From positions 1,380,001 to 1,412,000 of the forward strand of contig NC_004459.3 in the NCBI RefSeq assembly GCF_000039765.1: 32,000 nt of DNA, in the 5' to 3' direction. Position 1 is the first letter of the stretch. Each line of letters starts with the position of its first letter. Both the position numbers and the translations under genes were made by a program. The notes beneath the pieces were generated by a model. That model did no database searches. It was not told the DNA's origin and saw only the letters and a list, made by a program, of their open reading frames with translations. Shown piece by piece: positions 1 to 15,069 of the stretch. This stretch comes from Vibrio vulnificus CMCP6. Lineage in GTDB: Bacteria > Pseudomonadota > Gammaproteobacteria > Enterobacterales > Vibrionaceae.

Positions 1-922
<922 letters not shown>

Positions 923-940
923 TGTGCGAATAGAAAAACA

Positions 941-967
941 AAGGTCAGCATTTGCTGACCTTTTTTA
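941..967 (+). terminator. Rho-independent terminator of pgi
   Basis: Hairpin aggtcagc-attt-gctgacct followed by TTTTTT. Confidence 0.8.
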
Positions 968-985
968 TGTTCGTAATAGCGAAAC

Positions 986-1012
986 AAAAAAGGTTGGCCA
1001 AAGCCAACCTTT
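986..1012 (-). terminator. Rho-independent terminator of the zur/cheX-like unit
   Basis: On the minus strand, aaggttggc-tttg-gccaacctt is followed by TTTTGTTT, just downstream of the stop at 1023. Confidence 0.75.
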
Positions 1013-1022
1013 CATTTATTGA

Positions 1023-1484
1023 TTATTCGAAACAGATTTCGATGAACGCGTTACCCCATTGAGAGGAAAATGGCATGATGATGATCGAGCCTTCGCACTT
1101 GTGGCGAATCGTGTGACCTTTGCCTGAGACCACAACAGGTGTCGCCATATCAAAATCGAAGCCACTTTCAGCGAGAATACGTTTTGCTCCACCAGTAACC
1201 ATATTGGTGATTTCACCCACCATATCGGTTACTTCTTCATTCAATCCATTTGGTCGCTCACCCAGCATGTTCTGCATGATTTCGAGCGCAAGCCCTTCAT
1301 CAAAGGTAATTGACATCGAGCCGCGTGTTTGCGCCCCGACCATACCAATAAGGCCAGAAACATCACCACGGGCAATCTCATCTTTTTTGATTCGTGGTTT
1401 CTGAGGCTTCAATTCCAGTGAAGCCATCGTTTTTAGAACATTCATTAGAGATGCTAAAAACGGGTTTACAAATTCAGCGCGCAT
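1023..1484 (-). CDS. CheX-like chemotaxis phosphatase family protein (153 aa)
   Basis: ORF translation MRAEFVNPFL..SL..VL.TM.. with GDVSGLIGMVG and EITNMVTGGAK resembles CheX/CheC-like family proteins. It lies 25 nt downstream of zur on the same strand. Confidence 0.7.
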   Translation of the reverse strand: MRAEFVNPFLASLMNVLKTMASLELKPQKPRIKKDEIARGDVSGLIGMVGAQTRGSMSITFDEGLALEIMQNMLGERPNGLNEEVTDMVGEITNMVTGGAKRILAESGFDFDMATPVVVSGKGHTIRHKCEGSIIIMPFSSQWGNAFIEICFE

Positions 1485-1509
1485 AACGTTCTTCTATATC
1501 TTTATTCTT

Positions 1510-1959
1510 TCACTCTGAGAGACAAGTTTTACAGGTACCGTGAGTTTCGATCACTTGATTGGTCAATTTAAAGCCGTATTTCTCAGCATTATTGGCCAAC
1601 AAGGATATCAGTGTATCATCCTGAAGTTCAACGACATCCCCACATTTATCACAAATAAGTAATTGGAAAAAATGTTGGTTTGCGTTGCAAGAGCAGCAGG
1701 AGATAAAACTGTTGGTCGATTCAACCCGATGAATAAAGCCCTGCTCCATTAAAAATTCCAAAGCGCGATAGACGGTAGGAGGTTTGGCTTGAGGTTCGCT
1801 CTCCTTGAGCTGCTCCAGTAATTCATAAGCGCTGGAGGCTCTTGAGTTTGAACAAATCAGTTCAAAAACTCGCTTACGTTGCGGAGTCAGTCGGACTCCT
1901 CGTGCCGAACATATGCCTTCTATTTGCTCAACTAGTGTCTGGTCCAAAGCTTTCACCAT
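1510..1959 (-). CDS. zur: Zinc uptake regulator, Fur family (149 aa)
   Basis: Fur-family winged-helix region (RLTPQRKRVFELI..TVYRALEFLMEQGFIHRVE) plus CxxC..CxxC metal sites (CCSC, CDKC, C-terminal CKTC). Sits divergent from dusA, as in E. coli. Confidence 0.85.
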   Translation of the reverse strand: MVKALDQTLVEQIEGICSARGVRLTPQRKRVFELICSNSRASSAYELLEQLKESEPQAKPPTVYRALEFLMEQGFIHRVESTNSFISCCSCNANQHFFQLLICDKCGDVVELQDDTLISLLANNAEKYGFKLTNQVIETHGTCKTCLSE

Positions 1960-2252
1960 AATGATTGGACTTTCTTAATAATAAACTATTTCTATACGAA
2001 GATCGTTGAGAAACCGATAAAAATCCAAATAAGCTTTTATCTTTGTCACAAACGGTCAGTGTTCGCCCAACAATAAAACGAAACCTGACTCAGGTAAAGC
2101 GAGTGTAGCGCATCCCGACATGAACCATTACAATATCGGACCAAAATTTTGATATGAAGCCAACCCGAATAATTAACCGTGCAAAATATGAGCACTTTGC
2201 GCCGTTACTTATGCGGATTGCTTCGGCTCCTTTGTTGTTAAGGTAAATACTT

Positions 2253-3233
2253 ATGACTCACTCTTGTCGTCTTTCTGTCGCTCCTATGCTCGATTGGACC
2301 GATCGCCATTGTCGTTACTTTCATCGCTTGATGACGAAAGAAACCTTGCTCTATACCGAAATGATTACGACTGGAGCAATTATTCATGGGAAAGGGGACT
2401 TCCTTGCTTATAACCAAGAAGAGCATCCTGTCGCGTTGCAGTTGGGTGGTTCAAACCCTCAAGATCTTGCCACTTGTGCCAAGTTAGCAGCAGAGCGAGG
2501 CTATGACGAAGTAAACCTGAATGTCGGTTGCCCGTCAGATCGTGTCCAGAATGGACGTTTTGGTGCTTGTCTTATGGCTGAGCCTCAATTGGTTGCGGAT
2601 TGTGTCGCTGCAATGAAAGAGGTCGTGGATATTCCGGTGACGGTGAAAACCCGTATTGGTATCGATGATCAAGACTCTTACGAGTTTCTCACTGACTTTG
2701 TCTCCATTGTTTCTGAAAAAGGTGGCTGCGAACAGTTTACTATCCATGCGCGTAAAGCATGGCTGAGTGGCCTAAGCCCGAAAGAAAACCGTGAGATTCC
2801 ACCACTGGATTACCCACGAGCTTACCAACTGAAGAAAGACTTCTCTCATTTGACGATTGCAATTAACGGTGGCGTGAAATCCTTAGAAGAAGCGAAAGAA
2901 CACCTACAACATCTAGATGGCGTGATGATCGGTCGCGAAGCATATCAAAGTCCTTACTTACTCGCGTCAGTGGACCAAGAGTTGTTTGGCAGCCAATCGC
3001 CGATTAAGAAGCGACGTCAGATCGTGGAAGAAATGTATCCTTACATCGAGCAGCAGCTTGCCAACGGTGCTTACCTTGGCCATATGACTCGTCACATGCT
3101 AGGGCTATTCCAAAATATGCCAGGTGCACGTCAATGGCGTCGCCATATCAGTGAGAATGCCCACAAACCAGGCTCTGGTATTGAAGTGTTGCAGCAGGCT
3201 TTAGCCAAAATACCGCAAGAATTGGATGTGTAA
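2253..3233 (+). CDS. dusA: tRNA-dihydrouridine(20/20a) synthase DusA (326 aa)
   Basis: The N-terminus [56 protein letters not shown] is almost collinear with E. coli DusA. Confidence 0.93.
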   Translation: MTHSCRLSVAPMLDWTDRHCRYFHRLMTKETLLYTEMITTGAIIHGKGDFLAYNQEEHPVALQLGGSNPQDLATCAKLAAERGYDEVNLNVGCPSDRVQNGRFGACLMAEPQLVADCVAAMKEVVDIPVTVKTRIGIDDQDSYEFLTDFVSIVSEKGGCEQFTIHARKAWLSGLSPKENREIPPLDYPRAYQLKKDFSHLTIAINGGVKSLEEAKEHLQHLDGVMIGREAYQSPYLLASVDQELFGSQSPIKKRRQIVEEMYPYIEQQLANGAYLGHMTRHMLGLFQNMPGARQWRRHISENAHKPGSGIEVLQQALAKIPQELDV

Positions 3234-3279
3234 ATTTCACCATTAGGTGGTAAAAATCACCAAGTTACGCTTTATCTTG

Positions 3280-3312
3280 AAGCCCTTAGCTTTTGTGTTT
3301 AAGGGCTTTTTC
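3280..3312 (+). terminator. Probable dusA terminator
   Basis: Stem aagccctta / taagggctt with an 11-nt loop, followed by TTTTTC. Confidence 0.55.
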
Positions 3313-3347
3313 TTTATTTTTTAAATGGTTATTTGAATTTGAAAAGT

Positions 3348-3363
3348 TGGTACAGATTCTGCT
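3348..3363 (+). promoter_or_regulatory. Sigma54 (-24/-12) promoter upstream of pspG
   Basis: TGGTACAGATTCTGCT versus consensus TGGCACG-N4-TTGCW. The GG and GC dinucleotides are correctly spaced, and the element ends 25 nt before the pspG ATG. E. coli pspG is a known sigma54/PspF-dependent gene. Confidence 0.75.
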
Positions 3364-3388
3364 CCTTACAAGAAAACAAAGGAGATAG

Positions 3389-3610
3389 ATGATGTTAGAG
3401 CTGATTTTTATTTTGGTTTTCGCAGCAACCTTGTTGGTGACGGGGATTACAATGATGACAGTGTTTGCTGCTACAGGTATTGCGCTGGTGGTGATGATTT
3501 TGCTCGGCATGCTCGGGTTTGTTTTGAAGTTATTGCCTTGGTTAATTGTTATCGCCGTGGCTATCTGGTTTTTTAAGCATGTGGTCGCGCAGCCCAGATA
3601 CAAATCGTAA
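3389..3610 (+). CDS. pspG: Phage shock protein G (73 aa, small inner-membrane protein)
   Basis: MMLELIFILVFAATLLVTG...LKLLPWLIVIAVAIWF resembles E. coli PspG (MLELLFVIGFF...IKLLPWLLLAIAVVW). AAGGAG Shine-Dalgarno 4 nt upstream. Located just after dusA, as in E. coli. Confidence 0.8.
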   Translation: MMLELIFILVFAATLLVTGITMMTVFAATGIALVVMILLGMLGFVLKLLPWLIVIAVAIWFFKHVVAQPRYKS

Positions 3611-3707
3611 TTGGAGCGGATTTTGTTGAGTGTGTGAGCTGAGATTGTGATAGGATCCCCGCTCAGCTCATCCAAGGTTAACTCAGTAAAATCGGAGTAT
3701 TACTCTC

Positions 3708-4370
3708 ATGCGTAATAAAATCGCCACCATTTGTGCACTATTGGCGCCATTAGGCCTGTTTTCTGCGACCTGCCAAGCCAGTGTAGAAACGACGGTAGGC
3801 GCCGAATTTTGGAATGTGAAAACGAAAGTCAACGAAGTTGACCGTGATCGTGCTGCTACTGGGAGTTATTACGCATCTATTGAGCATGAAGTGAAATATT
3901 TGCCAGACATGCGTGTGCGTTACTCTTCGATTGATGCCGATTACATGGCATTCGATAAGTTGGATCTGACGCTTTACTTTAATCTGCTTGAGCACGATTT
4001 GATGCACTTTGATGCGGGTATTACCTTTAGCGATTTGAGCAACACCAAGTATCTCAATGTTGCGGACTTAGCCGAAGGCGAGTCTTCGTTTGATGAGATG
4101 ATTTGGGCTTGGTATGGCTACGGTGAAATTAACGTACCAAAAACCAATTTTGATGTGATTGGTGAGATGAACTTTGGTAACAACAAAGGCATCAAGAGTA
4201 CAGATTTGATGGCAGGTATGCAGTATCGATTGCCTTTTGAGGGTTCGGAAGTGGCTTTACGTGCGGGTTACCGCGTGATTGACTTGGAAGCCGATGCTTT
4301 CGCTTCCTCTTTAGGTAAATCATTTATCTTCGCCCATGGCTGGTTTTTAGGAGCGCAATACCGCTTTTAA
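3708..4370 (+). CDS. Outer-membrane beta-barrel protein (220 aa)
   Basis: Signal peptide MRNKIATICALLAPLGLFSATCQA/S, alternating amphipathic strands, and the C-terminal GAQYRF aromatic motif typical of outer-membrane barrels. Confidence 0.7.
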   Translation: MRNKIATICALLAPLGLFSATCQASVETTVGAEFWNVKTKVNEVDRDRAATGSYYASIEHEVKYLPDMRVRYSSIDADYMAFDKLDLTLYFNLLEHDLMHFDAGITFSDLSNTKYLNVADLAEGESSFDEMIWAWYGYGEINVPKTNFDVIGEMNFGNNKGIKSTDLMAGMQYRLPFEGSEVALRAGYRVIDLEADAFASSLGKSFIFAHGWFLGAQYRF

Positions 4371-4390
4371 TCACTAATGAGAATTTAGAA

Positions 4391-4421
4391 AGGCCGCTAT
4401 GTTATAAGCGGCCTTTTTTTA
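4391..4421 (+). terminator. Rho-independent terminator after the outer-membrane protein gene
   Basis: aggccgct-atgttata-agcggcct followed by TTTTTTT. Confidence 0.85.
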
Positions 4422-4518
4422 TATCTCTTATCTATAAAATACGGCAAATAATTCGCATTGGTGGCAAATTCGTCCATGCTTATTGATGTCATCATCAAAA
4501 GTCAGACAGGGACAGTGT

Positions 4519-4749
4519 ATGACCATTACCGAGTTAAGAAACTTATATCGAGAGAAGCAGTTGGTTGAGGCGATCATTGAACCTTCCATACAAGAGGGGG
4601 CATGGGTGGTGGAGTTCCGCCATGCGAGAGGTGGCTTTGTTTTGCTGACAGACAGCCATGGCGAAGAGTGCCAGTATCAAGATCTTGATGAAGCGTCCAA
4701 ATCCGCAATGGCGGTCGGCTTTCAACAAGTCAGAGTGGAAACCCGCTGA
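4519..4749 (+). CDS. Small hypothetical protein (76 aa from ATG 4519; the ORF is open from TTG 4483 / ATG 4486)
   Basis: I recognise no motifs in this ORF. AGGGA sits 6 nt before ATG 4519, while the upstream start candidates lack a Shine-Dalgarno. The start assignment is uncertain. Confidence 0.45.
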   Translation: MTITELRNLYREKQLVEAIIEPSIQEGAWVVEFRHARGGFVLLTDSHGEECQYQDLDEASKSAMAVGFQQVRVETR

Positions 4750-4842
4750 TCTCTCAGGCTTTGCTTACTTCCAAAAAGTTATAAAACATTCACTTCTATT
4801 CTTTCTTGTTATTAAAAAGAGTGGTTAATCTATCGTCACGCA

Positions 4843-6714
4843 ATGAATAGGGATGTCGTGACTATGTCTTCTCAAAAGAAAGTGTCATCAGGAAACACTA
4901 CTCCATCAGGATTGGCTGGCTTAGCTAGCCCACTCAACGATCAACAAATTAATCTATTACAGCAGATTTCAGATTTATCACCGCAGCAATTGGCTTGGGT
5001 GAGTGGCTACTTTTGGGGATTGTCGCAAAGTGCCGCGCCATCCGCTGTCACGCCTATCGCTCAAGCGGTTTCGGCTGTGGCCGCTAAACCCGCAGGAAAA
5101 CTGACGATTATCTTTGCTTCTCAAACAGGCAACGCCAAAGGGGTTGCTGAAGCGCTAGAGCAAGAGGCAAAAGCAGAAGGTATTGCTGTTCAGCTATTTG
5201 ATGCGAGCGATTACAAAGGTAAAAACTTAGCCAATGAAACTCATGTCATTATTGTCGCGTCCACCAATGGTGAAGGTGAAGCGCCAGATAACGCTATCGA
5301 GCTGCACGAGTTTCTCCAGTCAAAGAAAGCCCCCAAATTACCAAACCTGCAATACGGTGTGATTGGTTTAGGGGATTCAAGCTATGAATTCTTCTGTCAG
5401 ACGGGCAAAGATTTCGATTCGTATCTTGCCAAGCTTGGTGCGACGCCATTCATCGAACGTGTCGATTGCGATGTCGACTATGATGCATCCGCAGCGCAGT
5501 GGCGAAAACAGGCGCTAGAAAAAGTAAAAGATGCTTTGTCTGCGGGAGTTGAAGCTGACGTGGTTCAATTGCCAGTCGCGCAATTGGCTGCGGGGCATGC
5601 TCTCTATACTAAGCAAAAACCTTATGCTGCGACGCTGCTGACCAGCCAAAAAATCACAGGCCGAGATTCAGGTAAAGACGTTCGTCACGTTGAAATTGAC
5701 CTAGCAGGCTCCGGAATCACTTATCAGCCGGGAGATGCCTTAGGGGTGTGGTTTGAGAATAGTGGTGAGTTAGCCAATCAAGTGCTAGCCAAAGTGGGAT
5801 TGTCTGGGGTGGAAAGCGTTGATGTGGACGGTGAAAGCCTCTCTATTCACAGTGCTTTGGTGAGTAAGTTTGAAATTACTTCTTCTAATCCTCAACAAGT
5901 CGAAAAGTTTGCCCAGCTTTCCGGTAGCAAAAAGCTGCTAAAACTGGTGGAAGAGAAAGACAAGCTGCGTGAGTACGCAGGTAATACTCAGCTTGTGGAC
6001 CTGTTAGCGGAAAAGCAAACCAAACTTACGGCAGAGGAGTTGGTGGGGCTACTGCGTCGCCTTACTCCAAGGCTTTACTCCATTGCCTCGAGCCAAACGG
6101 AAGTGGATGAAGAAGTTCATCTCACCGTTGGTTTGGTTGAATACGATGTTAAAGGTGAGAAACGTTTTGGAGGCGCTTCTGGTTATTTAGCGCAACGTCT
6201 AGAAGAAGGTGAGCAAGTAAAAGTATTTGTAGAGAACAACAATAACTTCAAGTTGCCAGCAGACGATAACGTCCCAGTCATCATGGTTGGGCCTGGTACG
6301 GGTATTGCACCTTTCCGCAGTTTCATCCAAGAGCGTGATAACCGCGGTGCAGAAGGCAAAAACTGGTTGTTCTTTGGTGATCGTACCTTTACGCAAGATT
6401 TCCTCTACCAGGTTGAATGGCAGAAGTATCTGAAATCCGGCCTGCTGACGAAACTCGATGTCGCTTTTAGTCGTGACCAAGCAGAGAAAGTCTATGTGCA
6501 GCAACGCATCTTAGAAAATGCAGCGCAAGTATGGCAGTGGATTCAAGAAGGCGCTTATCTCTACGTCTGTGGTGATGCGAACCGAATGGCAAAAGATGTT
6601 CATCAAGCCTTTGTCGCAGTCGCAGAGCAAGAGGGCAAGATGTCACGCGATGACGCAGAAGAATTTATTAACGACTTACGTAAAGCAAAACGTTATCAAA
6701 GGGATGTGTACTAA
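4843..6714 (+). CDS. cysJ: Sulfite reductase [NADPH] flavoprotein alpha subunit
   Basis: Contains [11 protein letters not shown], a flavodoxin domain ([13 protein letters not shown]), an FAD/NADPH domain ([20 protein letters not shown]) and the C-terminal RYQRDVY. Alternative in-frame starts at GTG 4858 and ATG 4864. Confidence 0.93.
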   Translation: MNRDVVTMSSQKKVSSGNTTPSGLAGLASPLNDQQINLLQQISDLSPQQLAWVSGYFWGLSQSAAPSAVTPIAQAVSAVAAKPAGKLTIIFASQTGNAKGVAEALEQEAKAEGIAVQLFDASDYKGKNLANETHVIIVASTNGEGEAPDNAIELHEFLQSKKAPKLPNLQYGVIGLGDSSYEFFCQTGKDFDSYLAKLGATPFIERVDCDVDYDASAAQWRKQALEKVKDALSAGVEADVVQLPVAQLAAGHALYTKQKPYAATLLTSQKITGRDSGKDVRHVEIDLAGSGITYQPGDALGVWFENSGELANQVLAKVGLSGVESVDVDGESLSIHSALVSKFEITSSNPQQVEKFAQLSGSKKLLKLVEEKDKLREYAGNTQLVDLLAEKQTKLTAEELVGLLRRLTPRLYSIASSQTEVDEEVHLTVGLVEYDVKGEKRFGGASGYLAQRLEEGEQVKVFVENNNNFKLPADDNVPVIMVGPGTGIAPFRSFIQERDNRGAEGKNWLFFGDRTFTQDFLYQVEWQKYLKSGLLTKLDVAFSRDQAEKVYVQQRILENAAQVWQWIQEGAYLYVCGDANRMAKDVHQAFVAVAEQEGKMSRDDAEEFINDLRKAKRYQRDVY

Positions 6715-8450
6715 TGACTTTTTCTATTGAAAATAATAAGCAGGTTGTATTAGGCGAAGAATTAGGAAAGTTGTCTGATAACGAACGCCTTAAAACGCAG
6801 AGTAACTTCCTACGTGGCACGATAGAGCAAGATCTACAAGACCGAATCACGGGCGGATTTACCGCGGATAACTTCCAGTTGATTCGTTTCCACGGTATGT
6901 ATCAGCAGGATGACCGTGATATTCGTAACGAGCGCGCAAAACAGAAACTAGAGCCTCTACATAACGTTATGCTACGTGCACGTATGCCTGGTGGTATCAT
7001 TACACCCAAACAATGGTTAGCGATTGACAAGTTTGCTACCGAGCATTCACTTTATGGCAGCATTCGTCTGACCACACGTCAAACGTTCCAGTTTCACGGT
7101 GTGCTTAAGCCGAACATTAAGCTAATGCACCAAACGTTAAACAGTATTGGTATTGATTCAATCGCTACCGCTGGTGATGTTAACCGTAATGTCTTGTGTA
7201 CCACCAATCCGGTTGAATCTGAGCTGCATCAAGAAGCCTACGAGTGGGCGAAAAAAATCAGTGAGCATTTACTGCCTAAGACAAAAGCGTATGCCGAAAT
7301 TTGGTTAGACGGTGAGAAAGTTGAAACCACGGAAGACGATGAGCCGATCCTAGGTAAAACTTACTTACCGCGTAAGTTTAAAACGACCGTTGTGATCCCT
7401 CCGCAAAATGATGTGGACGTTCATGCGAACGACCTCAATTTTGTGGCGATTGCTGAAAAGGGCAAATTGATTGGCTTTAACGTGCTAGTGGGCGGCGGTT
7501 TGGCGATGACACATGGTGATACATCGACTTACCCACGTCGTGCCGATGATTTCGGCTACATTCCACTAGAGAAAACGCTGGATGTCGCTGCTGCAGTCGT
7601 CACGACGCAACGTGATTGGGGAAATCGCTCGAATCGTAAAAATGCTAAAACCAAGTACACCTTAGATCGCGTAGGTACGGATGTCTTTAAAGCGGAAGTC
7701 GAAAAGCGTGCTGGGATTAAGTTTGAGGTTAGCCGCCCTTATGAGTTCACCGAGCGCGGCGATCGCATTGGTTGGGTTGAAGGGATTGATGGTAAGCACC
7801 ATCTCACCCTGTTTATTGAGAATGGTCGTTTACTCGATTATCCTGGTAAACCACTGAAAACAGGTGTGGCAGAAATCGCTAAAATCCATAAAGGTGATTT
7901 CCGTATGACGGCCAACCAAAACTTAATTGTGGCAGGAGTCTCCAAGAGCAACAAAGCCAAAATTGAGAAGTTGGCGCGAGAACATGGTTTGATGGATGAG
8001 GGTGTCAGCGAGCAACGCAAAAACGCTATGGCGTGTGTGGCGTTTCCAACCTGTCCGCTGGCAATGGCAGAAGCGGAGCGTTTCCTACCTCAGTTTGTGA
8101 CGGATGTTGAAGGGATTCTGGACAAGCATGGTTTAGATAAAGAAGACAACATCATTTTGCGAGTCACGGGCTGTCCTAATGGTTGTGGTCGTGCAATGTT
8201 GGCGGAAATCGGTTTGGTGGGCAAAGCGCCAGGACGCTATAATCTACATCTAGGTGGCAACCGCGGTGGTACGCGAGTTCCAAAAATGTATAAAGAGAAC
8301 ATCACTGACAAACAGATCTTAGAAGAGATTGATCAGCTTGTTGGTCGCTGGGCAAACGAACGCCTTCCTAACGAATGCTTTGGCGATTTCACTGTTCGTG
8401 TTGGCATTATTGAAGAAGTCATCATTTCTAAAAGGGATTTCTATGCTTGA
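6714..8450 (+). CDS. cysI: Sulfite reductase [NADPH] hemoprotein beta subunit
   Basis: Contains the siroheme/4Fe-4S cysteine cluster ([17 protein letters not shown]...TGCPNGCGR). The start overlaps the cysJ stop (TAATG). Confidence 0.95.
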   Translation: MTFSIENNKQVVLGEELGKLSDNERLKTQSNFLRGTIEQDLQDRITGGFTADNFQLIRFHGMYQQDDRDIRNERAKQKLEPLHNVMLRARMPGGIITPKQWLAIDKFATEHSLYGSIRLTTRQTFQFHGVLKPNIKLMHQTLNSIGIDSIATAGDVNRNVLCTTNPVESELHQEAYEWAKKISEHLLPKTKAYAEIWLDGEKVETTEDDEPILGKTYLPRKFKTTVVIPPQNDVDVHANDLNFVAIAEKGKLIGFNVLVGGGLAMTHGDTSTYPRRADDFGYIPLEKTLDVAAAVVTTQRDWGNRSNRKNAKTKYTLDRVGTDVFKAEVEKRAGIKFEVSRPYEFTERGDRIGWVEGIDGKHHLTLFIENGRLLDYPGKPLKTGVAEIAKIHKGDFRMTANQNLIVAGVSKSNKAKIEKLAREHGLMDEGVSEQRKNAMACVAFPTCPLAMAEAERFLPQFVTDVEGILDKHGLDKEDNIILRVTGCPNGCGRAMLAEIGLVGKAPGRYNLHLGGNRGGTRVPKMYKENITDKQILEEIDQLVGRWANERLPNECFGDFTVRVGIIEEVIISKRDFYA

Positions 8451-9219
8451 TTCTGTTGCTTCAACGCTGCAGCTATCAGAATTACTCTCGTTAACCAAGG
8501 CGGAGCAAAGTATCCGCCTTGCCGAAATCAACGTTGAGTTAGAGATGCTGTCAGCTCAAGAGAGGGTCGCTTGGGCTCTGCAAAATTTGGAAGGGGCACA
8601 CGCTGTTTCGTCGAGTTTTGGGATTCAAGCGGCTGTCATGCTGCATTTGGTATCGAAGCAGCAAGCCGATATTCCCGTCATTTTGACCGATACGGGCTAC
8701 CTATTTCCTGAAACGTATCAATTTATTGATGAGTTAACTAAATCTCTAAACCTAAACCTTAAAGTATACCGAGCGAATGAGAGTGCAAACTGGCAGGAAG
8801 CTCGATACGGTAAACTGTGGGAGCAAGGTATAGAAGGAATAGAAAAATACAACAAGCTTAATAAAGTCGAACCTATGCGTCGTGCACTGAATGAGCTTAA
8901 TGTTAAAACCTGGTTTTCCGGATTACGCCGAGAGCAATCTCAGTCCCGAGCAGGCCTACCTATTCTGTCGATACAAAATGGAGTGTTTAAATTCTTGCCT
9001 GTAGTTGATTGGAGTAACAAAGACGTACACTACTATTTAAAAGAACATGGTCTTTCATATCATCCCCTTTGGGAGCAGGGCTATCTTTCTGTAGGAGATA
9101 CGCATACAACTCAAAAATGGGAGCCAGGGATGAGTGAAGAAGAAACTCGTTTCTTTGGCTTGAAGCGTGAGTGTGGACTTCACGAAGAAGATAATGAACA
9201 AGATGGTTCTGGTATTTAA
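8443..9219 (+). CDS. cysH: Phosphoadenosine phosphosulfate (PAPS) reductase
   Basis: MLDSVAS... with the C-terminal ECGLH motif. ATG 8443 overlaps the cysI stop (ATGCTTGA). The ORF-track extension back to 8329 lies inside cysI and is not credible. Confidence 0.9.
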   Translation: MLDSVASTLQLSELLSLTKAEQSIRLAEINVELEMLSAQERVAWALQNLEGAHAVSSSFGIQAAVMLHLVSKQQADIPVILTDTGYLFPETYQFIDELTKSLNLNLKVYRANESANWQEARYGKLWEQGIEGIEKYNKLNKVEPMRRALNELNVKTWFSGLRREQSQSRAGLPILSIQNGVFKFLPVVDWSNKDVHYYLKEHGLSYHPLWEQGYLSVGDTHTTQKWEPGMSEEETRFFGLKRECGLHEEDNEQDGSGI

Positions 9220-9234
9220 TAATAGAGAAGCTCA

Positions 9235-9258
9235 AAGGCCGCAGATGCGGCCTTTTTA
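9235..9258 (+). terminator. Rho-independent terminator of cysJIH
   Basis: aaggccgc-agat-gcggcctt followed by TTTT. Confidence 0.85.
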
Positions 9259-9394
9259 TTTAGCTACAAAACGGACGTTGTGGATAACCTTGTGGGTATT
9301 TTGTTGGTTTGTTTTGGGTAAAGTTGGATAAATGGCGCTTTGAATGGATTTTGTTCGCTTAGGCTTTGTTTTTGTAATTTTTTCAAAATAACAC

Positions 9395-9422
9395 TTGCCA
9401 ATGTGAGCGGGATCTCTATAAT
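9395..9422 (+). promoter_or_regulatory. rrn promoter P1 (sigma70)
   Basis: TTGCCA, 16-nt spacer, TATAAT, with a GC-rich discriminator (GCCACCTC) downstream and an A/T-rich UP-like tract upstream (tttgtaattttttcaaaataa). Confidence 0.7.
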
Positions 9423-9511
9423 GCCACCTCATCGACAGGGCAAGGGCTCACAAGGGTTTCAAGCTTGTTCGATAGGCCAGAAAGAAAAATGAAATAATTT
9501 TGAAAAAGTGT

Positions 9512-9539
9512 TTGACACTGAAAATTATCTCGCTAGAAT
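9512..9539 (+). promoter_or_regulatory. rrn promoter P2 (sigma70)
   Basis: TTGACA, 16-nt spacer, TAGAAT, with a GC-rich discriminator (GGCCGCC) and an A/T-rich upstream tract. Confidence 0.7.
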
Positions 9540-9580
9540 GGCCGCCTCTTCCGAAGTGATGTGATTCACAAAAGAAGAAA

Positions 9581-9593
9581 GCTCTTTAACAAT
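9581..9593 (+). promoter_or_regulatory. boxA antitermination element in the rrn leader
   Basis: GCTCTTTAACAAT matches the boxA consensus (T)GCTCTTTAACAA. Confidence 0.8.
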
Positions 9594-9738
9594 ATAAACC
9601 TATCAATCTGTGTGGGCACTCGTTGATGATAATCCAAAAGATTTATCAATGAACTGAGTGACCAAAACGATACTAAGTATCGGCACAGTCAATTTATTCA
9701 GTATTCATTGAGCCGAAGCGAAAGCTTCAAAAACTTTT

Positions 9739-11280
<1,542 letters not shown>

Positions 11281-11347
11281 TACGATGATTATTGCGATGA
11301 GTGTTCACACAGATTGATATGGTTTAGAAAGTTTAGAGTATCTTAGT

Positions 11348-11423
11348 GTCCCGTTCGTCTAGAGGCCTAGGACACCGCCCTTTCACGGCGGTAACAGGGG
11401 TTCGACTCCCCTACGGGATACCA
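11348..11423 (+). tRNA. tRNA-Glu (anticodon UUC) in the 16S-23S spacer
   Basis: GTCCCGTTCGTCTAGAGGCCTAGGACACCGCCCTTTCACGGCGGTAACAGGGGTTCGACTCCCCTACGGGATACCA is nearly identical to E. coli tRNA-Glu. CCA is encoded. Confidence 0.97.
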
Positions 11424-11472
11424 TCTTTAAGCATTCTTGCGAGTGTGTTTAAAAATGGTTTCGAAAGAAATC

Positions 11473-11485
11473 TGCTCTTTAACAA
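11473..11485 (+). promoter_or_regulatory. Spacer boxA antitermination element
   Basis: TGCTCTTTAACAA is an exact match to the boxA consensus, located between tRNA-Glu and 23S. Confidence 0.8.
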
Positions 11486-11700
11486 TTTGGAAAGCTGACA
11501 AAACAACAATTTATTGTTGTTTGTAAAGTTCTCAATGTTTGTCTTTAGGACAAACACCAACAAACACATTCAAGTGTTCTTGGGAAGGTCACTTTTAGTG
11601 ACTATTCGAAATTGAGTCCGGCAAAATCAACGCTATCTCGCTCATTCAAATAATGAGATAGCAACTTTGGTTGTTTAACAAAGACCCTTTGGGGTTGTAT

Positions 11701-14588
<2,888 letters not shown>

Positions 14589-14709
14589 ACAACACCCAAA
14601 GGGTTTTGATGGACTCGATGTAAGAACATTGAATGTGTAGAGAACATAAACAGCTTTCCAGATTTTTTGCTTTCACTTTTTTAGAAAAAGTGAAGACAAA
14701 AACAGAATT

Positions 14710-14829
14710 TGCTTGGCGACCATAGCGTTTTGGACCCACCTGAATCCATTCCGAACTCAGAAGTGAAACGAAATAGCGTCGATGGTAGTGTGGGGTTTCC
14801 CCATGTGAGAGTAGAACATCGCCAGGCTT
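14710..14829 (+). rRNA. rrf: 5S ribosomal RNA
   Basis: TGCTTGGCGACCATAGCG...CCGAACTCAGAAGTGAAACG...GAGAGTAGAACATCGCCAGGCTT is collinear with E. coli 5S. Confidence 0.95.
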
Positions 14830-14857
14830 TTAATTTAGACTTAGGTCTAACCAGTGC

Positions 14858-14934
14858 GGAGCGGTAGTTCAGTTGGTTAGAATACCGGCCTGTCACGCCG
14901 GGGGTCGCGGGTTCGAGTCCCGTCCGCTCCGCCA
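14858..14934 (+). tRNA. tRNA-Asp (anticodon GUC)
   Basis: GGAGCGGTAGTTCAGTTGGTTAGAATACCGGCCTGTCACGCCGGGGGTCGCGGGTTCGAGTCCCGTCCGCTCCGCCA is close to E. coli tRNA-Asp. Confidence 0.97.
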
Positions 14935-14987
14935 CTTATTTAGAAACCTCGCTAATTAGCGGTTTGTTTTAGATATAAGAAAAATTT

Positions 14988-15064
<77 letters not shown>

Positions 15065-15069
15065 TATTT

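Noticed and set aside
1960-2252. 293-bp zur-dusA intergenic region and the dusA 5' end as a possible integration site for dusA-specific integrative elements
   Set aside because: dusA is intact from its N-terminus. There is no integrase, no duplicated dusA 5' fragment and no foreign-looking DNA. I also could not find a convincing Zur box or an sRNA with a terminator in the spacer.
3635-3670. 9-bp inverted repeat (tgagctgag ... ctcagctca) with an 18-nt loop between pspG and the outer-membrane protein gene
   Set aside because: It has no U-tract and a large loop. It could be a weak terminator or mRNA stabiliser, but nothing supports a specific call.
3286-3675. 129-aa minus-strand ORF antisense to pspG
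   Set aside because: It is a mirror frame of a hydrophobic membrane-protein gene. It spans the sigma54 promoter and the dusA terminator. The plus-strand PspG match and its Shine-Dalgarno explain the region.
8329-8442. N-terminal 38-codon extension of the cysH ORF
   Set aside because: It overlaps the 3' end of cysI in another frame. ATG 8443 gives the classic ATGCTTGA stop/start overlap and a normal-length CysH.
11486-11700. A series of short hairpins in the 16S-23S spacer after tRNA-Glu (for example acaacaat/attgttgt, gtttgtc/gacaaac, gtcact/agtgac, gctatctc../..gagatagc)
   Set aside because: These are typical ITS secondary structure that forms the RNase III processing stalks. There is no evidence of an inserted element or intervening sequence, and the 23S length is normal.
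14668-14697. Perfect 10-bp hairpin (ttcacttttt-tag-aaaaagtgaa) in the 23S-5S spacer
   Set aside because: It is most simply part of the rRNA processing stems expected in this spacer. It is not repeated elsewhere in the window and has no features of a mobile or regulatory repeat.
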